NCBI GenBank assembly: GCA_004524445.1
Contig: SDNP01000036.1
Location: forward strand, 1 to 27,101
Reading direction: 5' to 3'
Source: Candidatus Thorarchaeota archaeon
GTDB lineage: Archaea > Asgardarchaeota > Thorarchaeia > Thorarchaeales > Thorarchaeaceae
Length of the DNA: 27,101 nucleotides
Under the pieces are notes generated by a model that was given only the letters and a program-made list of their open reading frames with translations, searched no databases and had not been told where the DNA came from. The position numbers and the translations under genes were made by a program. Below are positions 18,801-25,233 of the stretch, piece by piece. The first letter of the stretch is position 1. Each line of letters starts with the position of its first letter.

Positions 18801-20637
18801 CCTTCGGATAAGTTAGGCTCATTTGTGTAGAGTGTTGAATTCTGAAATTCCGAGAGTACATGCCGATATTATCAATCGGGCGTCCTGAAATAGAATCATT
18901 AACTATAGCTTGCACAGTCCAATATCCGACTTCAGCATCTGTCGCGTCAAGGATGATATCCGAACTCTCAGCATAACCAGAACCATTTACCATTGCAGTG
19001 GTTGTGGTCCATATATCTCCGGTCGTATTGTAGAGATAATAGGTTACGGTACATCCCGAATAAATGCTATCAAGCTGTGCCCTTAACCGAATGGCCTCAT
19101 TAGCTCTATAGACCGACGTTGTTTCCCAAGTTGCATCAGATAGCATTCTCAGGTCAGATATCATATTGGATGAGTAAGACTCAATTTTCCAGAACCCGTT
19201 TTGATTACTTCCCGTGACACCTTCATAGACTGAAATATTTAGATAGTCACCAACAATACTCCAGTATGGGAAATTCTCGCCAGGTTTTGAAGGTTCAGCA
19301 ACAGCATCGACTATACGCCCCCCCGGATTTGTCACGTTAAAGTGAAAGACATCAGAATAGCCATTCGGCACGGCCACGTAGTAATAAGAGAGCCATTCAA
19401 CCTGAGAGGCATTTTCGACCTCAAAGTGCTCGCCATAACTACTGACTTCTGCTTGATATAGAGTTGGTTTGTTCAGTTTTTCTGCTGTAAGTGTGATCTC
19501 GGCATCGAATGTGACGAATATGTCAATATCTGGACTTGGTGGAGAGGGAGTTGGCGTCCAAGTGAAATTCGCATCCACTGGACTTGAAGTCCAAGGTAGC
19601 AGTGGCTCTTGTGTGACCTGACCCAAGCTCCAAATGGTATGAGTTCCATTTTCAACATCAAGAACATCTAGACTGTTCACTTGGAGGTTTACATCACTTG
19701 GTGTGGCTCTTGCCTTTATGAAGACCCGGATATTATCGAGTCGAACCTCAGGATAAAGGCGAGGTCTCGCGCCGAATGTTCGGGTTGTACGCATTCCAGC
19801 TTGAATTGTTAGGTTTGGCAAGTTAATCAAGTTATGGTCAGCTTCAACAAGTCCACTTGAATACCAAGTACTGATGCTTTGCACGTCGCTGAATTGGATG
19901 TCCCATAGATGATTTGAAACAACATCATCGGTACCAACTTGAACATAAAGCTCCCAGAAGCCAATAGGAGGGTTTCCCCAATCGTCATATACCCAGTAGT
20001 CTACGGATACTCCAGCCCAAGTGACTTCACCTCTATCAACGCTAATATCTTGCTCAACATAGGCTCTGTCACCCTCATCGAACCGGAAGTAATTGCTGGA
20101 GTCTTGGCCAAGCATCGTGAACTGTGCATATTCACCGGTTATCTGCGATGTTATTGAGTTTGAATAAATGCCAACATCATCCGTACCAGTAGTCCAGTTA
20201 TCAGTGGAACCAAAACCGGGATTCTGTAACCATGTCCTGTTTTCCTGCAGGTTTGTCACATTCACAAACATCTCGGTGCCTTGCCACTGAGCGCCCATAG
20301 GAACCTGAGTAACTTGGTTCGATGTTGAGCTAGTTGCTGAGTCGTATTGCAGGGAGATATCATTGAAGGAATCTACTCGGACTCCATGTTCTGAAGCATT
20401 CTGAGCTGTTGCAGTTCCAGAATGGGTATCAGGTGCCTGAGAAAGTGTGTAGACGTAGAGCGATTCATCCGGAGCCAATGGTATTTTCTCGCCACCTACA
20501 TCCACCATTTTCTCATTGATGACATCCGTATTATCTCCTTCATGAGTACTTGAAGAATAAGATGGCACCATGAAAGATCCAAGCATGAGAATAATCACGA
20601 CAGAAACTAGCACGCAGATTGAGCCTGATTTTTTCAA
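12871..20637 (-). CDS. Giant type I membrane surface glycoprotein B (about 2588 aa), full-length paralogue of A
   Basis: Probable TTG start at 20637 (GGAGG 9 nt upstream) gives the signal peptide MKKSGSICVLVSVVIILMLGSF. Same domain order as A. TM at nt ~13429-13497 and a 185-aa tail. The ORF-track start at 20724 adds 29 residues that do not look like a signal peptide. Confidence 0.9.
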   Translation of the reverse strand: MKKSGSICVLVSVVIILMLGSFMVPSYSSSTHEGDNTDVINEKMVDVGGEKIPLAPDESLYVYTLSQAPDTHSGTATAQNASEHGVRVDSFNDISLQYDSATSSTSNQVTQVPMGAQWQGTEMFVNVTNLQENRTWLQNPGFGSTDNWTTGTDDVGIYSNSITSQITGEYAQFTMLGQDSSNYFRFDEGDRAYVEQDISVDRGEVTWAGVSVDYWVYDDWGNPPIGFWELYVQVGTDDVVSNHLWDIQFSDVQSISTWYSSGLVEADHNLINLPNLTIQAGMRTTRTFGARPRLYPEVRLDNIRVFIKARATPSDVNLQVNSLDVLDVENGTHTIWSLGQVTQEPLLPWTSSPVDANFTWTPTPSPPSPDIDIFVTFDAEITLTAEKLNKPTLYQAEVSSYGEHFEVENASQVEWLSYYYVAVPNGYSDVFHFNVTNPGGRIVDAVAEPSKPGENFPYWSIVGDYLNISVYEGVTGSNQNGFWKIESYSSNMISDLRMLSDATWETTSVYRANEAIRLRAQLDSIYSGCTVTYYLYNTTGDIWTTTTAMVNGSGYAESSDIILDATDAEVGYWTVQAIVNDSISGRPIDNIGMYSRNFRIQHSTQMSLTYPKGSESTWTKNLTLGQEMLLQVRVNDSDNADLLPGGITTYNWTTGTQPLSDMGTGEYSVVLDTSDLPGRGSYEITITWSLQHYDPIERIFTINIVEETSLYSPDAPSVETPLGSSATIEVVFNDQDNAGITDATIICNWTDGQYSVSPVAGSPGHYMLNLSTSTAMIDTYAIVISAVADYYITSQTTVFLEVRQLFTSIAVSSSYLPLPVGTQGSITLTYTDTDHNEPITGAAGAISCNWSDYHAQGDSNYTVTEISPGEYRVDFYSVETDFIGSHPVQFQVRKYGAQNHTFNIDVDIQSHLSTFSLVNPIEPTPYTGTIIVTVSYYDVTLETGIGNGTANGHNVLIYILSDEVPGIEYTVYNGTTLGEYIIEIAADQWGSIGWKDLEIFANWTGSIEKYGNGTISTSVRISDTPATLFIGNNPVSTPYGENITFTVFYWDVAADSGIVNSTGPYAFNVSMYVLVLSSGHELNSSLIMVTEIGSGEYEIKFSTNYLSGITTCDLRVYANWTKGELPLYSNASLSVTVRTIYRQTSIEYTPLPITAYDKPVNFTFSYNDVLSSSRIENSSSIEISVSEGGVVLDTYYLETSALFVLSIDTTYWGDVGTFEFHLNVIWSGSPFYQNRTGIAITIELRYRYTSLTHGSYDSVQYSNNLTLDFFYTDLDDNSLSGMDGAELTLDSWLSDYYTVHDNGDGTYTIQLNTTAFASLGIYRVNATIIYGGDRFAANASDYFYLTLSRRRTQLTSDLPDLAPFLTQANITIQYIDDNNGFGIENANVFISSETSAETLEKDVNYWIDSLGDGNYRIRISTEALGTFGSYAIDIIVNYTGSPFFTQRSTSVDIEVSRRPLELSVSESPLNTAYLQNVTFEITVTDSLVESLVSINKSHLVLKHGSDILLLDSEYVLTGSSGVYIISINSTILVAELVQGYPLFVEIQWGDEAPFYSNASASTEVAITARFTQAAVLSTPPAFINFNGTAIIEYTDYLSGDPIAGAQISVSCENVSSFGHWITDRRDGTYEIIINTTDLSELGKYIFLANITYLGSPFYANLTSVQFSLTVNPVSTTLTLDLEPGSTYYTGDTIVVNISYSDISQGIGIEDAAVGTDWGVAVGNPYSLTEIGNGIYQLTLETSGLSAQSYSFSINASKYLHVNRTVAIELLLSPTPISINLGLTPIAPVWGDEIEFVANITDSRDDSPVLGGNVNITLGGVVYELQELGEGLYGRNITSSVVSAGEYAITVAFELEDHESRSRDFSIRIEKAASSLSADIDPVIAVSGQNLTITADYVVTANSTSIAVGTVSFSWTYGQGTLIWNETQELYIGHFIVSDVPAGNHLIIVTAKSANYKSLTVPLNIEIREVTTQIVSVEDTTVVSGIIGDVIPIQVFLNNTDLSLPVVGATLSFSVSDITGNLTETGDGYYRADVNTTGLDLRTWTLTIFGSKPGYTTSSLDFTLDLDPIPTRILVLGDVLQEAYYGENVTFYLFLNDTHNAVGVPDATSTFQLEDTVGVLSDLGNGNYSLVVNTSVVSAGLVPYDITITLAKSAHKQAQTQAKLLVNPITTEVIGAQEWVFPVGDDYSVIFTFNDTLNDVLIGDASSSAIWEFGGLSLANLGNGSYRFGPAETNLSRLEIRNQPYVVRILLTKGNYSTGELVVEITIRAILTELLWDVSPSIIYSGEPFSVTVTYWDLDHDMAVLDASNTTSTITAAGLGLTRLEDEEIDYDNGTYVFRFVAGQAALYSLEITLDKRDYQSSTVSIPIYSEISPEQALLVQTFFNGTLILLVLAALAALYFRVLSIPKLLRKLRSMVSTLEKGRIPERADVNDRRTMLLKTMNENLEPLGIRKVIDDVAPSTLDVSILDVEELLDELAVVVGLTADDLSVLRDDLEKMAPSERAGFIGEVLRQEKSRRAKEIAETAREEELVEEMGPEKLTEEELDDIRNKLMKMGIEEDEVELMVEQARGLTKPEIQALLDQLGGDEE
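12881..12888 (-). promoter_or_regulatory. Shine-Dalgarno site of gene A, embedded in the last codons of gene B
   Basis: The minus strand reads GGAGGTGA, 6 nt before GTG 12874. The GTG start overlaps the TGA stop of gene B (GTGA, 12871-12874). Confidence 0.8.
13528..18834 (-). repeat. 17 tandem Ig-like repeats of about 100 aa in protein B (protein-level repeats)
   Basis: Same consensus as in A, with 17 units counted by eye. Confidence 0.75.
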
Positions 20638-20646
20638 TGGAATGTT

Positions 20647-20651
20647 CCTCC
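20647..20651 (-). promoter_or_regulatory. Shine-Dalgarno site for gene B
   Basis: The minus strand reads GGAGG-AACATTCCA-TTG. Confidence 0.65.
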
Positions 20652-20734
20652 GGAAGATAAGGCGGTGAGACCTAGATTCGACCCATAAGCCGAATCTCAT
20701 TTGTTCAGTAAAGATGCTACACACTTATGGATAA

Positions 20735-20748
20735 AAAGGAATTCCTTT
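20735..20748. promoter_or_regulatory. Perfect 14-bp palindrome in the divergent intergenic region (candidate operator)
   Basis: AAAGGAATTCCTTT is its own reverse complement. It overlaps a TTTTTAT TATA-like element on the minus strand (20731-20737). Confidence 0.4.
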
Positions 20749-20842
20749 GAAAGTAGTTCTACAAATCGAAAATGTTTACGATATTAAGAAAGGTATACCA
20801 ACAACCTCTTGAGGAATAAGGCGAAAGTGAAACTGATGTATT

Positions 20843-21202
20843 ATGGTTGAATTCTACCAATTAGATAAGGCTGAAAGCGCTTCTAGAGAAGGATACATAG
20901 CAAGCTATGTTGGTGATATTGTCTTCAAAGAACCTTCTAATACAGCAGGGGTGATCATGATCGAACTCGGTGTGGGGGCAACGACAAGACCACATGCTCA
21001 TGAAAACCTACAAGAGGTCTTTGTTGCACTCGGTGATATGAAGGCAACTGTCGCAGGAGAGAACTACATCCTTCATCGCGGGGATATTCTATTGGTAGAA
21101 CCTGGCGAATTTCATTCTTTCCAGGCATATCCAGCACAGGCTGCTAGCATGATAGCAGTCAAAATTCCTAACCTGAAAGATGACAAAGTAAAATCGAATT
21201 GA
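20843..21202 (+). CDS. Cupin domain protein (Cupin_2-like)
   Basis: 119 aa with motif 1 PHAHENLQEVF and motif 2 GDILLVEPGEFHSF, giving the H-x-H...E...H metal ligands. Confidence 0.85.
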   Translation: MVEFYQLDKAESASREGYIASYVGDIVFKEPSNTAGVIMIELGVGATTRPHAHENLQEVFVALGDMKATVAGENYILHRGDILLVEPGEFHSFQAYPAQAASMIAVKIPNLKDDKVKSN

Positions 21203-21221
21203 TGTCGGCTACAAATCCAAT

Positions 21222-21638
21222 CTACTCGCCATCGTCATCCTCTTCAAATTCCCTAAACAGAGAATCTGTACTGCTTTTTGGAAATCGATTTCTGGTGGGT
21301 ATCACACGTTTGAAAAGACCTTCGAGTTCCCTCCACTCTTTGTATCGCTTTCGACGCCCAAGTATACCAGCAGTTGTAACAGCAATAAAAGATACTAAAC
21401 CACTGAAGTACAAATGTAAACGATCGTCGAAAATTGATGATACAACCATAAGACCAGCTACCACAACAGTACCAAGGATTAGGGTGTTGACGAAGCAATC
21501 ACATGTGACACCGCTCTGCGGCGGGCCTACTCTGAAGTCGTCAGGATCTGCACCCGGAGCCCAGTTCAAGTAATAGTTGAAGATTGCAGCTGCTAGAACA
21601 CCAAGCGCAATAATAACCACGAATAGTGGATTCATCAC
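21222..21638 (-). CDS. Small hypothetical membrane protein (about 3 TM)
   Basis: Three hydrophobic stretches, a CDC motif in the first loop, basic RRKR after the last TM, and an acidic C-terminus. It fills the gap between the cupin and PIN genes. Start is GTG 21638 or ATG 21635. Confidence 0.7.
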   Translation of the reverse strand: MMNPLFVVIIALGVLAAAIFNYYLNWAPGADPDDFRVGPPQSGVTCDCFVNTLILGTVVVAGLMVVSSIFDDRLHLYFSGLVSFIAVTTAGILGRRKRYKEWRELEGLFKRVIPTRNRFPKSSTDSLFREFEEDDDGE

Positions 21639-21655
21639 AGCTCACACTTCATTCA

Positions 21656-23482
21656 TTATGCTTCTTCAGGGCTAGTAACCTTCAGGTAGCTGAATCCATG
21701 CTCTCCCTCGTAAGAAACCTCGGCTTCTTGCGTAGGTGTTATCAATAGGACAACCGAATGCTTCTTGACATATTCCGGTGGTGCCTCTTCAACTTTGAAT
21801 TCACCACGAGTGAGGGCAACCTTGTAGCCAGATTTGAGTTTCTTTATCTCAGGATGGACTGATACGTCTATTCCGATTCTAACCTGTAAATCCTCATTCC
21901 TGACAATTAGCAACTCTTGGTCGTCTATTTTCTCAGCAGACAACACATTCATCCATCCTCGAAGCTCTTCGCTCAGCTCCTCCAAATCAGCCGGTTCTCC
22001 ATGAAGCTCTATATCAAGGTCTTTCGCATCTTTCACATTGCCTTGGACCTCATTGAGGATAGGGGTTATTTCAGTTGTGTCCCAGCCCTTTTTCACGAAC
22101 ATCTTCAGCGCATGTTCTGCAATCTTTTCTAATGCAGGCTTAAGTCGGTCATGTGATGATGAGGATATTTTATAGAGATTAAGAAAGCTTGATAGTGCAC
22201 CCTCTTCCTTCCCATATGCTGCTCCTATTTTGTAAGCATTAACCGAGAGTTGCCACGCATTATCATAGTCGTCGAACTGGATACAGTACTTGGCAATATC
22301 ATTCAGCAGTCTGATTGTCACCTCGGGATATTCCAGTTTTGTCTTTGTTAGAGAAAAGCCACCCATGAACTTTCGCAGAATCTGCATAGAAACATACAGC
22401 CCTTCTGAGGTTTCCATCATCTCCGCAAGATTCGTTCTCTTCAGCATTGAATCGTATAGGCTGTAAAAGTAATCTATTTCCTCGTAATCCTCTCTGATTA
22501 ACGCAATTACAATACGGACAAAGAAAACCGATGCTTTTAGTGCGTCGTCTGAAACGCCAGTGAACATGAGCAACCGAAATGCCTCATCACTTATTTTCAA
22601 AGCCTTCTCAACGCCTTCTCGGGTCCCTCTGTATAGGTAGCACATCATCTCAAGGAAGTAGAGAAACAGTGTAAGGTCATTTGCATGGTCCACCAATTTT
22701 TCATGGGTTTGCGAGTCTTCTGTCAATGTCGACACGATTAGGAGGCGTTCAATTTCATTCTGGACAGCAGATATCTCATTGGCTAGTACTTCATATCGGC
22801 CTTCTTGGAAATCTTCAAACATGTCAGGAATTCCAGCCTTGATATCTTCAAGAAAATCGAGAACAAAAAGTGGTTGTCCCTTCGAGAGATCCTTATCGAG
22901 GGTGTCAGCGGGTCGCTTGACAGTTCGCAGTACTCGCATAGCGTGATCTTCAATAATTCTTATTCGGGTGACCGGATCATAAGAAGCACTCCTTTTAATG
23001 CTATATCGAACTTCTTGAGTATAGATTCGCTCCCTAATTTTCCTGAGGTCTTTCTTCAGCTTGTCGGAGTCAATCTGTTCAATGAGCTCTAACATGAAGG
23101 CTGAGCCAACTATCCCTTCCGCTTTCACATTTTTGAGGTCTTGAATTGTATTGAGCAATTTTAAATCGCTTGTGACAACTTTGGAATTCTTGGCACGCAT
23201 GGCTGCAAGAATAAGAGACATATCATTAGGCTGCGGCAGAGAACTCTCTGGTCGATTTATGCTCTCCATGAATTGTTTGATGTCCTTCTTTAAAGTTTCA
23301 TCAATCTTTATTATTTTCTCTACTTCTCGTCGCAAATACCATCTTAATTCCTGGAAAACCTGTCGGGTAATCCACAGTTCAATATCCAGCGCATCCGCGG
23401 CCTCTTTTACAGTATAGACATCCTTTGGCCTATCGCTGAAGCCGCTTATGAAGAAATTTGCATCCAGGTATGCTCTCATCAA
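21656..23482 (-). CDS. PIN-domain nuclease fused to a long alpha-helical region and a C-terminal beta-rich (OB-like) domain
   Basis: PIN acidic tetrad D7 (YLDAN), E45 (VFQEL), D87 (NDMSLI), D106 (VTSD). The middle of the protein is helical. GGAG at 23490-23493 lies upstream. Start is TTG 23482 or ATG 23479. Confidence 0.8.
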   Translation of the reverse strand: MMRAYLDANFFISGFSDRPKDVYTVKEAADALDIELWITRQVFQELRWYLRREVEKIIKIDETLKKDIKQFMESINRPESSLPQPNDMSLILAAMRAKNSKVVTSDLKLLNTIQDLKNVKAEGIVGSAFMLELIEQIDSDKLKKDLRKIRERIYTQEVRYSIKRSASYDPVTRIRIIEDHAMRVLRTVKRPADTLDKDLSKGQPLFVLDFLEDIKAGIPDMFEDFQEGRYEVLANEISAVQNEIERLLIVSTLTEDSQTHEKLVDHANDLTLFLYFLEMMCYLYRGTREGVEKALKISDEAFRLLMFTGVSDDALKASVFFVRIVIALIREDYEEIDYFYSLYDSMLKRTNLAEMMETSEGLYVSMQILRKFMGGFSLTKTKLEYPEVTIRLLNDIAKYCIQFDDYDNAWQLSVNAYKIGAAYGKEEGALSSFLNLYKISSSSHDRLKPALEKIAEHALKMFVKKGWDTTEITPILNEVQGNVKDAKDLDIELHGEPADLEELSEELRGWMNVLSAEKIDDQELLIVRNEDLQVRIGIDVSVHPEIKKLKSGYKVALTRGEFKVEEAPPEYVKKHSVVLLITPTQEAEVSYEGEHGFSYLKVTSPEEA

Positions 23483-23774
23483 GTTGTGTCTCCGTAGTTA
23501 TAGTTGGCTCTTATTCGGATTTACTCCAAACAAAATCTCTGCTATGAGATATAGTGCACTTGATAAAGTGTGACATAAAGCAGTTTCGCTACAACTAAGC
23601 GAAATGCAAAAAGAATGTCCATTAAGGGGTCCATTGACGGTATTTCTTGCGTTCTTCCGCCTCTTCATCGAGATCTGGAATCATGCAACTCCTTTTCTCC
23701 ATCTCGCACCTGTACGGATACACTACTCTTAAATCGGTGACATAATCAACTCGTCAGAGCCCGGTGCACGAATA

Positions 23775-25217
23775 ATGTCCGCCCCAAAGCGTCCTACTCT
23801 ACAAGAAGTACTCGATATTGAATCAGTTGCCATTATCGGTGTATCTGCAAAACTTGGGTACTATTGGGCGCATTCAATGCTTCAGTGGAATCATGACTTG
23901 AATGTCTGGCTTGTATCCCGGAGTGCTGGAAATGTGCTCGGACATGAGATTCTTATTGACCTGAATGATGTTCCTGAGCCTATTGACTATGCAATCGTGG
24001 CGGTTCCCTACAAATATGTACCAATTGTTGTTAAACAGGCGGCTGAGAAGGGAGCAAAAGGAGTGACCATTTTCACAAGTGGGTATTCCGAATTAGGCAC
24101 CGAAGAAGGAAAAAAGAGAGAAGAGGATTTGGCGAAACTCATTCATTCTCTCCCTCTAAGGGCATTGGGGCCAAATTGCATGGGACTATGTGATCCTAAA
24201 CTAGGCTTCGCCTTCATGCCCACAGTCAAGAGAGGAATAGGGGACGTGGGCTTCCTCTCACAGTCGGGTGGAGTTGCCATAGCGACGTATACTGCCGGAG
24301 TTGAATCTGGTATTGGATTCAGCAAGCTGTTCAGTTTCGGCAATCAGATTGACATCGGTCCAGCTGAGATTGTTGATTTCTTTATCAGTCATGATGAAAC
24401 GAAAACCGTAGGTGGCTATCTTGAAGGGACTCATCATGGTCGAGAATTGTTCAACAGCCTGAGGAATTTGTCCGAAGAGAAGCCCGTAGTACTCTTGAAG
24501 GGAGGAAGGTCTCAAGAGGGCACTCGAGCAGCATCTTCACACACTGGAGCGCTTGCAGGGAGCAATGAAGTCTGGAATGCAGCGTTCAAACAGGCTAATG
24601 TGCAGACCGTAAAGACTCTCGAGGACCTAGTAGCAACGCTGTCCGTTTTCTCACTCAGCCCAGCCCCTCGCAGTAGGAACGTTGGTTTACTTACAATAAG
24701 CGGTGGCACAAGCGTTATCTACACTGATATGTCGATTGAGAGCGGATTGAGTGTTCCAAAAACGTCACCTGAAACAATCAAGCAGCTGGACCCATTGATC
24801 CGAGACGTGGGAACCGGTTTGGGGAACCCAATTGACCTCGCAGCAGATTATTATCAAGATCAGACAATCTCTGATGTTATCAGAATCTTAGGCGATGAAT
24901 CTCGATTTGATTCTATTATCATTGAAGCGGATGTGCACAACATCCACCAAGTTTCATCAATAATGGATGCAGCGGATGTGGTCGAATACTTCTGGACAGC
25001 CATGGCTGCTGCAGGAGCAAAGACTTCGAATAAGAAAGGAAAGCCGGTACTGGTAGCTCTCCCCGATGTTGCATACCAGTCAGCACGAGCAGAAGCATGG
25101 AAAATTTTCGTCGAACACGGTCTTCCCGTATTCCGTAGCTTCAAAGAAGCAGCAGATGCACTGGCTCGAGTATGTGAGTATTATGAAACCAAAGAGGCAA
25201 GAAGTAAGAACATATAG
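23775..25217 (+). CDS. Acyl-CoA synthetase (NDP-forming) alpha subunit-like CoA-binding protein
   Basis: CoA-binding N-terminus (SVAIIGVS, IDYAIVAVP), plus SGYSE, GPNCMG, SQSGG, GNQID, phospho-His motif ASSHTGALAG and NPID. There is no ATP-grasp domain. Confidence 0.85.
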   Translation: MSAPKRPTLQEVLDIESVAIIGVSAKLGYYWAHSMLQWNHDLNVWLVSRSAGNVLGHEILIDLNDVPEPIDYAIVAVPYKYVPIVVKQAAEKGAKGVTIFTSGYSELGTEEGKKREEDLAKLIHSLPLRALGPNCMGLCDPKLGFAFMPTVKRGIGDVGFLSQSGGVAIATYTAGVESGIGFSKLFSFGNQIDIGPAEIVDFFISHDETKTVGGYLEGTHHGRELFNSLRNLSEEKPVVLLKGGRSQEGTRAASSHTGALAGSNEVWNAAFKQANVQTVKTLEDLVATLSVFSLSPAPRSRNVGLLTISGGTSVIYTDMSIESGLSVPKTSPETIKQLDPLIRDVGTGLGNPIDLAADYYQDQTISDVIRILGDESRFDSIIIEADVHNIHQVSSIMDAADVVEYFWTAMAAAGAKTSNKKGKPVLVALPDVAYQSARAEAWKIFVEHGLPVFRSFKEAADALARVCEYYETKEARSKNI

Positions 25218-25233
25218 GCAGAGGACCCCTCAT

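Noticed and set aside
5201-20637. Interpretation as a recent DNA duplication, assembly artefact, or diversity-generating retroelement target
   Set aside because: No long nucleotide-identical repeats, template/variable repeat pair or reverse transcriptase were seen. The similarity is only at the protein level.
20638-20724. ORF-track N-terminal extension of protein B
   Set aside because: It places 29 non-signal residues before the signal peptide. TTG 20637 has a well-spaced GGAGG and gives an N-terminus like that of A.
21199-21573. 124-aa plus-strand ORF overlapping the cupin stop
   Set aside because: It is antisense to the 138-aa membrane protein, which has much more convincing TM and positive-inside features.
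23078-23482. Classical VapBC toxin-antitoxin module
   Set aside because: The PIN domain is part of a 608-aa protein and no small upstream antitoxin ORF is evident.
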